The translations under genes and the position numbers were made by a program. Shown piece by piece: positions 48,593 to 58,496 of a stretch of DNA of 64,000 bases. The DNA is from Candidatus Latescibacterota bacterium (GTDB taxonomy: Bacteria; Latescibacterota; UBA2968), in contig OZ241986.1 of NCBI GenBank assembly GCA_965204375.1, positions 1,312,001-1,376,000 on the forward strand, read 5' to 3'. Every line of letters starts with the position of its first letter. Position 1 is the first letter of the stretch. Below the pieces are notes generated by a model, which saw nothing but the letters and a program-made list of their open reading frames with translations, was not told the DNA's origin and ran no database searches.

Positions 48593-50614
48593 ATGACCAT
48601 GCAAGAACCTCTCGGGCAACTTGACTCTCCCGAAAGAACCAGACCCATGACGCGCGCCGTGCTTTTCGGCCTCGGTCTGGTCGTCGGTATCGATGTGCTG
48701 GCTATCCATGTGAAATACTTGCTCCCCCGCGGCCCAATGATGGCTTATAGCCATGTGCCAATGGTCGTGCTAATCGGTTTTGTCCTGATGCTCCTGGTCG
48801 GAGCAGTTGTTGCGCGTAGAACGAGGCAGCCACTGTCGCCCTCGGAATGGCATACGATTCTGGCGATGGGAATAGTCGGAGCAGCGGTCCTGTTCTACGG
48901 GTATTCCGGCTACCTCATTTCCTACATGGGCGCGCCGCACTACTTCGCCACGGGTGAAAACGAATGGGCCAATTATCTGCATCCCTACATTTCAGAGTGG
49001 CTGTTTCCCGAGAATGAAGAGCAAGCGGTGACCTGGTTCTGGGAGGGACTACCCAGAGGCGCACAATTGCCCTGGGGGAAGTGGATCTTACCCCTGTTCT
49101 GGTGGGGCGGATTGACCGTTGCTGCTTTTGTCCTCTATGCCTGCGTCACCACCATCTTCCGCAAACAGTGGATACACCACGAAAAAGTGGCCTTTCCGGC
49201 TATGGCTCCGCTGGTCGAAATGGCCTCCAACCCGGGAGATGGAAAGGGATTTCTCCCGGCATTCACGCGGAATACCCTCTTCTGGATTGGCTTCTGGATC
49301 GTCTTCGGGATGATCGCTTGGAACTGTGTCAATTACTTCATCCCTACCTTTCCCCAATTCCCCATCTACGCGCAAGGCAGTGCGGCACACCAGGGAGGGC
49401 GATGGATCTGGATCGATCGAAATTTTCCGCCTATCTACGGCATCCTCGATATTTTTACCATCTGCTTTTCCTATTTCGCAACTGTGGAAGTTCTGTTCAG
49501 CATCTGGTTTTTCGATTTACTCTTTATTCTCGAAGGGGGCCTGCTCAACCGGATCGGATTTGTGGCTACTTCGCCCTATTACTACTCGGGGGTCTGCTCA
49601 TGGCAGACGAAGGGAGCCTTCTTCTTTCTGGTGCTTTCTACCATCTGGGCGGCGCGTTCGCAGATCCGGGATGTGTTTTGGAAGGCACTTGACTCCCAGG
49701 CCCCGGTTGACGATAGGGACGAACCGCTCTCCTACCGCACGGCTGTTGCAGGGTTGGCTATCAGCCTGATCTACATCTGGGTCTGGTTGGTCCGGATCGG
49801 ATTCGATCCTTTCCAGGCAGTACTGCTGATCTTTGGGGCGATCTTCACCTATTTGGGACTGGCGAGAATCCTGTCTGATACGGGGTTGCCTTATGTCAAC
49901 GCCCCCGTTTGGGGAGGGTGGGGACTGGTAAGCCCCTTTCTGGATGGGGAATCCATCCACGCGAGCACCCGGGTGGCCGCACGGACCTCGGGCGTCCTGT
50001 TGTCCAATTTTAAGGGATCCTTCTTACCCGCTCTCAGTCAGGTCGGACGGGTGGCTGAGGGTGTGCAGGTGGAAAGCCGGCGACAGCTCACAGGCGCGAT
50101 TTTTCTGGCTTTTGTGACGAGTGTGGTCACATGCGTGTTGGTGACACTTTATCTGGGTTATCGACACGGCGCACTGAACTTCACAGGTTGGGTAGCTATC
50201 AGATCCGGCAATCCGCACTACGATCGCACCGCGAAATCCGTCAGATCCTTTCTGATGCAGGATACCGATGCACCGATCTTCATAGAACATCCCGACCAGT
50301 TCGCCTTTTTTGTGCTCGGCGCGCTGGCTACTGCATTGCTCTTCCTGCTCAGGCGTCGGTTCCCGTGGTGGCCTCTTCATCCGGTGGGTCTCACCATTTC
50401 GGGATCCTTCCTGGCTCGACGGACGAGCTTGACGATTCTCGTAGCCTGGCTGATCAGATGGATTGCCGTAAAGGTAGGGGGCGCATCCTCGTACCAGAAA
50501 TCCCGACCCCTATTTCTGGGCTTGCTCGTCGGCTATGTCCTGGGTGTCGTGTTATCGCTCTTCATTGACCTGATCTGGTTTCCCGAGCAGGGCCACATGG
50601 TCCACCGGCTTTAG
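48593..50614 (+). CDS. Multi-pass membrane protein (DUF6785/DUF6784, putative transporter)
   Basis: Many TM helices; RKQWIHHEKVAFP and FPWWPLHPVG motifs. Confidence 0.7.
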   Translation: MTMQEPLGQLDSPERTRPMTRAVLFGLGLVVGIDVLAIHVKYLLPRGPMMAYSHVPMVVLIGFVLMLLVGAVVARRTRQPLSPSEWHTILAMGIVGAAVLFYGYSGYLISYMGAPHYFATGENEWANYLHPYISEWLFPENEEQAVTWFWEGLPRGAQLPWGKWILPLFWWGGLTVAAFVLYACVTTIFRKQWIHHEKVAFPAMAPLVEMASNPGDGKGFLPAFTRNTLFWIGFWIVFGMIAWNCVNYFIPTFPQFPIYAQGSAAHQGGRWIWIDRNFPPIYGILDIFTICFSYFATVEVLFSIWFFDLLFILEGGLLNRIGFVATSPYYYSGVCSWQTKGAFFFLVLSTIWAARSQIRDVFWKALDSQAPVDDRDEPLSYRTAVAGLAISLIYIWVWLVRIGFDPFQAVLLIFGAIFTYLGLARILSDTGLPYVNAPVWGGWGLVSPFLDGESIHASTRVAARTSGVLLSNFKGSFLPALSQVGRVAEGVQVESRRQLTGAIFLAFVTSVVTCVLVTLYLGYRHGALNFTGWVAIRSGNPHYDRTAKSVRSFLMQDTDAPIFIEHPDQFAFFVLGALATALLFLLRRRFPWWPLHPVGLTISGSFLARRTSLTILVAWLIRWIAVKVGGASSYQKSRPLFLGLLVGYVLGVVLSLFIDLIWFPEQGHMVHRL

Positions 50615-50653
50615 GTCTCGCGTTTTCCAACGCGAGTATCAGATGCATACAGC

Positions 50654-52381
50654 CTAATCCAGCGTCCTCCGTATAGGCATGATTTCTCCTTCTTTGATCA
50701 CCAGTATTTTGTTGGAAGATATTTCTTCGATTCGATCCACTCTTCCCGATGGCCATCGGACCTCTACGAGGTCTATCCGTTTCCGCTTTCCCAATCCAAA
50801 GTGCAACCGCAGGTCGTTGGCCGATTGGTAGCTGGCCGCGCTGTGTAACTCCTTTACCTGCCGCAGATCGCCGGATATCACGGTTACCCGTGCCCCAATT
50901 CCGTCCCGATTGGAAAGGTTAGCGTTTTTTGTTACTTCCGGAACACTTCCTCCTCCAATTAGTCTCACCATCAGCCAGTTGTTCCGGTTGCCTCCTTCAT
51001 TCCGCAGCAGATCTGGTCGGTCGGCGACATTGGCCACCAGCAGATCGATATCGCCGTCGTTGTCGATATCCCCCGCAGCGGTTCCACGGCTCGATTTGAA
51101 GGTACTCAAACCAGGGCCAAAGCGTGCCGAAGCATCCGCGAATTGCCCGTTGCCCGTATTTTCGAAGAGCTTATTGCGCTGTTTGTAGGGAGACTCATCA
51201 GAGATAAGCTCGATGTTGTCCAGGACATGCCCGTTCGCGGCAAAGGCATCGGCATCTCCATCGTTGTCCGCGTCTAAGAAGACCAGCCCAAATGTCAGAT
51301 CATTCAGTGTTGAGGCCAGGCCTGCTGTCTTCGTCGCATCCGTAAATGTTTCATCTCCGTTGTTCAGGTAGAGGGTATTCGTTTCCGTTGATAGGTGTCC
51401 AATCAGGATATCCGAATAGCCGTTCCCATCTACGTCTGCAATATCTACTCCCATTCCCGCTTCGGCATGGCCCATCTCGTTGAATGACACGCCGGACAGC
51501 AGGGCGATTTCTTCAAATGTTCCGTCTCCCAGATTGGCAAAGAGGTAGTTCTCCATCGAATCGTTGGCCACATATATGTCCAGGTCCCCGTCGTTGTCGT
51601 AGTCGGTGCCCACCACGCCCAGTCCTCTCGCTCCCGGTCGGTAGATGCCGGACTCGCGGGTTACATCTGTAAAGGTTCCATCTCCTTCGTTCCGGTAGAG
51701 TACGTCCGGAACTCCCGGGTAGATATCCGGGTGGCAATAGCCCAGCGTAGTTGTCCCGGGTATTCTGCAGTCTCTATCGTTTTCCAGAGTACAATCGATG
51801 TAGTTGAGCAGATAGAGGTCCAGGTCTCCATCCCGGTCATAGTCGAGAAACATGGCGGTACTACCCCAGCGCTCATCTCCCACTCCGGCCCGGGTGGTCA
51901 CATCCGCAAAGGTTCCGTTGCCCTCATTGCGGTAAAGCACGTTGGGGCCGAAGTTGGTCACATAAAGATCCAGGTCTCCGTCGTTATTGTAATCTCCCAC
52001 CGCACATCCCAGACCGTAGCCCGGATTGCCCGTTGCTGATACTGCCGTCACATCCGTGAACCGCCATTCTCCGTCGTTTCTGTAAAGCCGGTTGGTCGGC
52101 GTCACCGTTGTCTGATAGCCCGGCAGCGGTGCGCCATTGATCAGGTAGATGTCCAGATATCCGTCGCCATCGTAATCGAATAGCCCACAGCCAGGGCCCA
52201 TTGTCTCTACTTCGTACTTCCTTCCACTGGCTCCGTTGACGTGGACGAAGTCAATGCCCGCCTGGGCAGATACCTCCACAAATTGCACCTCCTGGCACCA
52301 GACATCGAAGCCCCAGAAGAATAGAACGATTACGGTGCAAAGTTTCATCTTTTTGTATTTATCGAAGGCGTTCGGTTTCAT
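50654..52381 (-). CDS. CRTAC1-family FG-GAP/ASPIC-UnbV protein
   Basis: Repeated DYDNDGDLD; NRDGIGARV, SYQS, RLHFGLG, VRWPSG. Confidence 0.9.
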   Translation of the reverse strand: MKPNAFDKYKKMKLCTVIVLFFWGFDVWCQEVQFVEVSAQAGIDFVHVNGASGRKYEVETMGPGCGLFDYDGDGYLDIYLINGAPLPGYQTTVTPTNRLYRNDGEWRFTDVTAVSATGNPGYGLGCAVGDYNNDGDLDLYVTNFGPNVLYRNEGNGTFADVTTRAGVGDERWGSTAMFLDYDRDGDLDLYLLNYIDCTLENDRDCRIPGTTTLGYCHPDIYPGVPDVLYRNEGDGTFTDVTRESGIYRPGARGLGVVGTDYDNDGDLDIYVANDSMENYLFANLGDGTFEEIALLSGVSFNEMGHAEAGMGVDIADVDGNGYSDILIGHLSTETNTLYLNNGDETFTDATKTAGLASTLNDLTFGLVFLDADNDGDADAFAANGHVLDNIELISDESPYKQRNKLFENTGNGQFADASARFGPGLSTFKSSRGTAAGDIDNDGDIDLLVANVADRPDLLRNEGGNRNNWLMVRLIGGGSVPEVTKNANLSNRDGIGARVTVISGDLRQVKELHSAASYQSANDLRLHFGLGKRKRIDLVEVRWPSGRVDRIEEISSNKILVIKEGEIMPIRRTLD

Positions 52382-52468
52382 AAAGCGGTTGCCTTTAGGC
52401 CAAATAACAGATAGAATGAATAAAATAAATTTAGATTACAAATATATGCAAATCAAGTTTTCAATAGG
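52350..52468 (-). repeat. Promoter/5'-end cassette, copy 1 (41-bp identical core 52428-52468)
   Basis: aatttagattacaaatatatgcaaatcaagttttcaatagg recurs at 55826-55866; minus-strand TTGATT-N17-TAAATT. Confidence 0.85.
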
Positions 52469-52554
52469 TTTGCATCGGGTATGTATTGCGAGGCTCAAAC
52501 AAATGCTCGAGTGTTCCGATCAGTTTTTCACCTGAAGAAACACGGAGGTGTGAT

Positions 52555-53835
52555 ATGATGCTCAAAGAGAAAACAAATTCCGTTCCGGCATTGACGGACG
52601 AGACATTTGAGGCGTTGTTCGAAGCCTGCCGTCCCCAAAGGGAACGGTGGACAGATATCCCCTGGATCGGGGAACTCTGGGAGGGGCGGCAGAAGGCGGC
52701 GCGCGAGGAGAAACCACTGTTTATCTGGGCGATGAACGGCCATCCCCTGGGGTGTACGTGAAATAACGGGGTTACGGGCCGTGCGCTCGTTTTTTCAGAT
52801 CCGTGCGTGATCGAATTTTTGAACGAACGGTTTATCCCGGTGGCTGTGAACAATACCCGATTGCAGCGGCAAGCCGATGATGAGGGCCAGTTTTTGCGTT
52901 TGATCTCTTGGCAGGGAAGGTACGGGTATTCTTTTGACGAAGCGCAGGCCAGATTGGAGGATATCGATCACGGGCTGAACCATCAGGGTTTATATGTGGT
53001 GACGACAGAGGGAGAGGTGTTGGGCAGCCGCAACAGGCTGTTTCCGGGTGGCAAGCTCCCTGTACATGGTGTGGGTAGCGATCCAGACCAGTTCTTGTGG
53101 ATGTTGAGACGGGCGCTGGCGAATTGGGAGAATCGCAAGACCCAGCGCGAGGCATTGAAAATCGAAGATCTGACATATCGAGATCCCACATTTAGCTGGA
53201 CGGAGTATCCGGAAGACGGATTGGTTTTACACCTGGGCGTTCGGGACCTGCCCCGGCAGGTGGATACGCGGCCTTCGGGAATGAAGCGAGAGGCACATAA
53301 TCAGGATTACGTCTGGTTTCGACGGGAAGAGGTGCTGGCTATGGTTCCCCTCGATGCGGATGTGGGCGATGTCGTTTCCTTGTCCGAGGGGCTGGTCAGA
53401 CGGCTGGTGCGTTATCACCTGGCGGATTATGTCCGGGGGGAAACGTCTTCGTGGTCGTCTGAGGCGATCCGAGATGCGGCTATGGTATTGACGGTGACTG
53501 AGGAGACACCGGAATGGGTGAATCTGAGGCTTTCCGGGTCCGCGCAGTTGTTCGAGGAGGGGAGTTGGTACGAGGGCGCGTGTCGGGAGCGAGGGCTGGA
53601 TGCATCACTGTTGGGGTATCTGCGTTTTGATCGGCGAGTGGAACGGTTTGCGAGGTTCGATGTTGTGGCGGTGGGATCGCGGTGGGGCGGTACTGAGTAC
53701 AATGTACGACAGGACGATTTGGAGCCTGCGCCAATCGGGATTGCGATGACGATTGCCGGGCAAGAGGCGAGAGATCGCACAGCTCCGCATGCGTGCCAGA
53801 GTCGAGGTGGTCTGGAAAGGTATTTTAATGCGTGA
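52555..53835 (+). CDS. Probable selenoprotein, thioredoxin-like (SelN-like) fold, in-frame UGA at 52759-52761 (426 aa)
   Basis: Two track ORFs share one frame separated by a single TGA: WAMNGHPLGCT-U-NNGVTGRALVFSDPCVIEFLNERFIPV; RBS only at 52555; hairpin right after the TGA. Confidence 0.75.
52762..52791 (+). promoter_or_regulatory. Putative bacterial SECIS element
   Basis: aacggg/ctcgtt and g(t)tacg/cgtgc stems with a bulged U; G-led apical loop 16 nt after the UGA. Confidence 0.6.
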
Positions 53836-53877
53836 TTTGATAGTTGGGATATGTTTTGTCGCATTTTTGGAGAGACG

Positions 53878-54804
53878 ATGATACGGTGCGAGCGCAGAGC
53901 GGAACTCGAGATCGAAACACCGCATCTTTGTGCGGCGGTGCGGACCGAAGGTTATGTGAGTGGGATCAAGAGCAGATCGTTTGTAGATAAACGGACGGGC
54001 GCGACCGATCTGGGTTCGGGCCTGCACATTATGGACTTTTTGCTCGTGCCGGGGTGGGGAGATGCAGAACAAAATCGGATCTACGACGGGAATCTGCCCA
54101 AGCGCGTCGTGGAAGGTCCCCAGATCTGTACGCGGGCACGGCAGTTGGACTATGAGATTATCCAGGGTGAGGCGTTTCTGGCTGTGCGGCAGTGGTTTAC
54201 GTTTACAAGCGTGGTTGAAGGTTTCCAGGCCGGGTCGCGGTGGGAGCAGACGTTGCTATTTCTTCCGGATACGCGGTACGTGCTTTCGTGTGAGCGGATT
54301 TCTTGCGTCAATAGTGCAGATTGTTTGTTCTACCGGATCGACATGCCCGGCCACTTGCACCACAAGGATGGAGATTCTTTTACGCGGATTTATCTGAGCT
54401 ACCACGGGTATATAGAGCCTTCAGAGTTCATGACGGATTTCCCCCTGGACGAAGGATTCCTCTATCAGCGAAAAGAGGACGATATTCCCGATCGGATCAT
54501 CCGGGCATACGAACAACGGAAATCGGATGGCACATCCGTGTGGCTGGCGGGTATGACGCTGGATCCGGCGGATGTGTACGAGGCATGGTGCCATCAGCGG
54601 GGTTATGTCTGCTTTATCCAGGAACTGCACGGTCGGAAGGTAGCAGCAGGGGACGCGATCGGGGCCGCATACGTGGTGGGATATTTCGATTCGGTGGATG
54701 AGATGAATGCGGTTTACGACCAGTATCGGGGAGTGCGCTCAATTGCGGTAGATGATAACGGATACACTTTGCTGGACGAGGTGGAGAAAGCCGATGGGAT
54801 TTAG
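53878..54804 (+). CDS. Conserved hypothetical protein
   Basis: Long ORF with RBS and protein-like composition; motifs GYVSGI, LPKRVVEGPQIC, WCHQRGYVCFIQE; family not recognised. Confidence 0.7.
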   Translation: MIRCERRAELEIETPHLCAAVRTEGYVSGIKSRSFVDKRTGATDLGSGLHIMDFLLVPGWGDAEQNRIYDGNLPKRVVEGPQICTRARQLDYEIIQGEAFLAVRQWFTFTSVVEGFQAGSRWEQTLLFLPDTRYVLSCERISCVNSADCLFYRIDMPGHLHHKDGDSFTRIYLSYHGYIEPSEFMTDFPLDEGFLYQRKEDDIPDRIIRAYEQRKSDGTSVWLAGMTLDPADVYEAWCHQRGYVCFIQELHGRKVAAGDAIGAAYVVGYFDSVDEMNAVYDQYRGVRSIAVDDNGYTLLDEVEKADGI

Positions 54805-54815
54805 TGCCCATCGGC

Positions 54816-54911
54816 TCAACCGCCCACAATAAACTCCCCACCTATATCCGCAGCAATCTGCGTCCAGATTTCGTCCCTGGAAGGGCCGAAAACAGATCTG
54901 AGAATACCCAT
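54816..54911 (-). pseudogene. 5' remnant of a DUF3137-like gene
   Basis: GGAGG RBS plus MGILRSVFGPSRDEIWTQIAADIGGEFIVGG*, ending at the convergent gene's 3' end; family assignment from memory. Confidence 0.5.
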
Positions 54912-54970
54912 CTTTCCTCCGTAGTTGTAATGCTTGATAATCCTGATAAATAGCCAACCGATTCTGCGAT

Positions 54971-55780
54971 TTACTTCAATTGTTCCTCTATCCAATCCAT
55001 CCACTTTACAAGCTGTGAAAGGTATCTTGATACCCTTTTGTTTGATGATGGTGTCAGGTGAATATACAATTCCTGGGTTTCATTGAGAAAGTCGGTCCAC
55101 TGTGGATATGACGCCTTTAGCACCGGTATTGTGTCAATGCCTTTAGGCGAACAAAAGCGTCCTTGTACCATCAAGAGGCAAGCCCCGCCTAATACGCCAA
55201 GCCGCGCTAACTTGCGGAGTTTTTGTCGTGTATCTTCAGGTAGAGAAAAGTCAGTTGTATTTTCCTTTTTTAATCCCGCTGCATATCGAATGAGATCCAA
55301 AACTGGCTGAAAATATTCTCGCACCCAAGATGGGGTGAGAGTCGGCAATTCGAACTCTCCTGTAAGATCACGTCCCCAAACAAGTGTGGCATCATAATGT
55401 AAACGAAATCCAAATGCTTGATGCCGTGACCGCAGGTCTTTATTCGCCCCCGGTTGTCCGCCCTGCAAGACATCATCGATTGAACGTGGTGGGGAAAGTC
55501 CATGCGCACGAGGAAACTCGCGATCAAGTCTTTCCTGCGTTTCTCTACACCATTGGTGGTCAGTCTTTCGTAATGGACCCCTGATGAAGGGGTGCAAGTC
55601 AAGATCGGAAACGCCCTGAATAGCTTCATTTCTGTGAACACTGCCCCATACGTAGATTGAAATTAGTCTCGCTGCAAAGTGCGCGTGGTACTCCAAAATA
55701 TGGCGCTGAATAAGTTGAACGAAATATTGATCGTCAAATAGATTCAGATTTTTGTATTTCTCGGAAGTATTCAGTTTCAT
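54971..55780 (-). CDS. Nucleotidyltransferase-domain protein
   Basis: YVWGSVHRNEA..VSDLDLH (GS...DxD) motif. Confidence 0.7.
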   Translation of the reverse strand: MKLNTSEKYKNLNLFDDQYFVQLIQRHILEYHAHFAARLISIYVWGSVHRNEAIQGVSDLDLHPFIRGPLRKTDHQWCRETQERLDREFPRAHGLSPPRSIDDVLQGGQPGANKDLRSRHQAFGFRLHYDATLVWGRDLTGEFELPTLTPSWVREYFQPVLDLIRYAAGLKKENTTDFSLPEDTRQKLRKLARLGVLGGACLLMVQGRFCSPKGIDTIPVLKASYPQWTDFLNETQELYIHLTPSSNKRVSRYLSQLVKWMDWIEEQLK

Positions 55781-55866
55781 GACGTGGCTGCCTTGAGGTC
55801 CAATAAAAGATAGAGTGGGTGAAACAATTTAGATTACAAATATATGCAAATCAAGTTTTCAATAGG
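55749..55866 (-). repeat. Promoter/5'-end cassette, copy 2 (41-bp identical core 55826-55866)
   Basis: Direct repeat of 52350-52468, offset ~3.4 kb. Confidence 0.85.
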
Positions 55867-55950
55867 GATGAGGGAACGCCTGATCAGAGATACATGTCTA
55901 ATAATTCAGGACCGCGGATAGACAAAAAATGACCAGTAGGAGGTTATCCC

Positions 55951-57180
55951 ATGAGGATTGTCGGGCTTGTGATTATCGCGTGCTTGTTGTGCGCTTTGAA
56001 AGCGAATGCCTACAGTGCGGATTTGGATCCAGATACCTTATCCGTAGAGGCTGGCTATGGTCGAATAGTGCTTCCGGGGACACAGGTTCAACTCAACGCC
56101 ACGCTTACCAATGGTCCGAGTGCCCGTGTTGTGTGGCGACAAGTGCAGGGGACGGCGGCGACGATCAGTTCAGCCAACGCGCTCCAGGCGACTGTTAGCG
56201 TTCCTGCCAATGTCAGTAGCGCGGAGACATTGTTATTTGAAGTGCGTGCCGAGATGGAATCTGGTCAACAAGCATCGGATACGGTTTGGATCGAGGTGTA
56301 TGTACCTGACCAGAATCCCGCCGACCTGACGCTTATGGCAGATTTTTCGCCGAAAGTTGGTTGGGAGTGCAACCAGGATCCAGTAGAGGTGCCAGAGGTT
56401 CAGACCCGCGTTCTGGAAAACACCATCGAATACACGACCAATGGCATTCCCGCCCATGCGACGGGAATGTTTCCCAATCGAGGAAATCCGAACATGATTT
56501 GGTCGGTACCTCAAACCTGGCACATTCCCCGCAATCCCGAAAAGACGGATACACCTACCGAAATGGCTGTATTTGGCATCACGCTCGAGGGCATCAAACT
56601 CGAACGCGACACTGCTGAGAGTTATCGCAACCAGCGGCAGTGGAATTACGAGGCGCTGACCCCGGGTATGGCGCGCCGGTTGAGCGGCAATGCGCGGTTT
56701 GAATGGCTGGGTACAGATTGCAATAACGCGCACGTTCAGCCGACGGGTATTTATCACTATCACGGCGTGCCGCACAGCTTGATAAATGAACTCACGAGTG
56801 GGATGGAGAGCGAGGAAATGGTATTGGTCGGGTATGCTGCCGACGGTTTTCCAGTCTATGTCGTCAGTGGACCCAATGCTCCTGAGGGGAGTTGGGAATT
56901 GCGCCAGGGTACGCGAGAAAGCGGACCCGGGGGAGAGTACGACGGCACGTTTCGGGAAGATTGGCAATTTGTCGAGGGTTCGGGCGATCTCGACCTATGC
57001 AATGGGCGGTTTGGGATTACGCCCGAGTTTCCGGAAGGGATATACCATTACTATCTTACCGATGACTACCCGTACATGCCCCGCTGTGTATGGGGGACGC
57101 CAGATCCTTCGTTCAGGCAACGTCGGGCTGGTGGCCCAGGCGGTCCAGGTTTTAGAAGGCGTCCACCACGTCGTTACTGA
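55951..57180 (+). CDS. YHYH-domain protein with PKD-like N-domain
   Basis: DCNNAHVQPTGIYHYHG, GYAADGFPVY, GDLDLCNGR, YHYY; signal peptide. Confidence 0.9.
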   Translation: MRIVGLVIIACLLCALKANAYSADLDPDTLSVEAGYGRIVLPGTQVQLNATLTNGPSARVVWRQVQGTAATISSANALQATVSVPANVSSAETLLFEVRAEMESGQQASDTVWIEVYVPDQNPADLTLMADFSPKVGWECNQDPVEVPEVQTRVLENTIEYTTNGIPAHATGMFPNRGNPNMIWSVPQTWHIPRNPEKTDTPTEMAVFGITLEGIKLERDTAESYRNQRQWNYEALTPGMARRLSGNARFEWLGTDCNNAHVQPTGIYHYHGVPHSLINELTSGMESEEMVLVGYAADGFPVYVVSGPNAPEGSWELRQGTRESGPGGEYDGTFREDWQFVEGSGDLDLCNGRFGITPEFPEGIYHYYLTDDYPYMPRCVWGTPDPSFRQRRAGGPGGPGFRRRPPRRY

Positions 57181-57253
57181 TCTGGTATTCATAGATTGAA
57201 CAATATTCGCATATAACTTGAGCGGGTATATCCGTGCGGAGGAGACAGACATC

Positions 57254-58411
57254 ATGTTCTCAAAATTATTGAAATCAAAATGGGCTTTGGGTGCGGTCCT
57301 CGCTTTATTCTGTATTTTTAGCCCAATCACTTTGAAAGCATCACTACCCGATTTTGATGGCGATGGCAAAGTCGATTTTGCCGATTTTATACTTTTTGTA
57401 GCTGTATTTGGGCAATCGGCAGTTGGGCAAAATGCAATTTACGATCTGGACGCAAGTGGAACTGTAGATTTTGGAGATTTTTTAATTTTTGTCAGTGCAT
57501 TTGGGCAACCCACCTCTGATACAGTTCGCGGTGTTAGCACGCAGGGTTTTGCAACGCAAACAATTTCCAATCTGCTCGATTGTCCCGGGGGGCGTATAAG
57601 TCGTGTGGGGACAATTACATCTGACGATGGCAATGTGTGGATTATGCCTGCCGAGACGCAATACACAACCGCAAGACATGCATCGGATATGTATAACCAA
57701 TGCACAGGTGTTTTCACTTCTAATAGCAATGCTCTCAATTTGTCGGCTGTGCCAGTCGTAGAGATTGATCAAGATGGTGAGACGATTACGGGATATATCT
57801 TTGCCGACAATTACTTTGAATTGTATGTCAACGGTACCTTGATCGCTGTTGATGCAGTTCCTTTCACACCGTTTAATTCGAGCATGGTTCGGTTTAAGAT
57901 TAAGCGACCATTTACGATTGCAATGAAGTTGGTCGATTGGGAAGAGAATTTGGGGCTTGGTACAGAAGCCAATCGCAATTTTTTACATCATCCTGGAGAT
58001 GGTGGTCTAGTAGCGAGTTTTCACGATGCCAATAGAAATCCTGTTGCAATTACAAATGGCCAATGGAAAGCACAGACTTTCTATATTGCACCGATTAGAG
58101 ATTTGAGCTGTATTGTCGAGAAGGAAACCGAGCATTTGTCCGGTGACTGTGACACGCGTGATACAAATGATGGTAGTCAATTTTACGCAATGCACTATCC
58201 CGTCCCATCTAACTGGTACGATAGCGACTTTGATGATTCGACCTGGCCACAGGCATATACTTATACAAATGCGACAGTTGGTGTGAACAACAAACCCGCA
58301 TATACAAATTTTACAGATCTATTTGATGATCCAGAACACGATGCACAATTTATATGGTCATCAAATCTCATTTTGGACAATGAAGTGATTGTGCGATATA
58401 CCGTGAAGTAG
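57254..58411 (+). CDS. Exported protein with dockerin-like twin EF-hand module and lectin-like domain
   Basis: PDFDGDGKVDFADF...DLDASGTVDFGDF; ADNYFELYVNG; DFDDSTWPQA. Confidence 0.7.
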   Translation: MFSKLLKSKWALGAVLALFCIFSPITLKASLPDFDGDGKVDFADFILFVAVFGQSAVGQNAIYDLDASGTVDFGDFLIFVSAFGQPTSDTVRGVSTQGFATQTISNLLDCPGGRISRVGTITSDDGNVWIMPAETQYTTARHASDMYNQCTGVFTSNSNALNLSAVPVVEIDQDGETITGYIFADNYFELYVNGTLIAVDAVPFTPFNSSMVRFKIKRPFTIAMKLVDWEENLGLGTEANRNFLHHPGDGGLVASFHDANRNPVAITNGQWKAQTFYIAPIRDLSCIVEKETEHLSGDCDTRDTNDGSQFYAMHYPVPSNWYDSDFDDSTWPQAYTYTNATVGVNNKPAYTNFTDLFDDPEHDAQFIWSSNLILDNEVIVRYTVK

Positions 58412-58437
58412 TGTTCTGCTATGGAGGAATTGGACCA

Positions 58438-58494
58438 ATGAAGCGCAGAGAGTTTCTCGGTGTAGTTGGGCCTGGTGTATGTGGGATGCTTTAG
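58438..58494 (+). pseudogene. Orphan Tat signal-peptide remnant (18 aa)
   Basis: GGAGG RBS plus MKRREFLGVVGPGVCGML*, abutting the convergent ggt stop. Confidence 0.5.
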
Positions 58495-58496
58495 AT

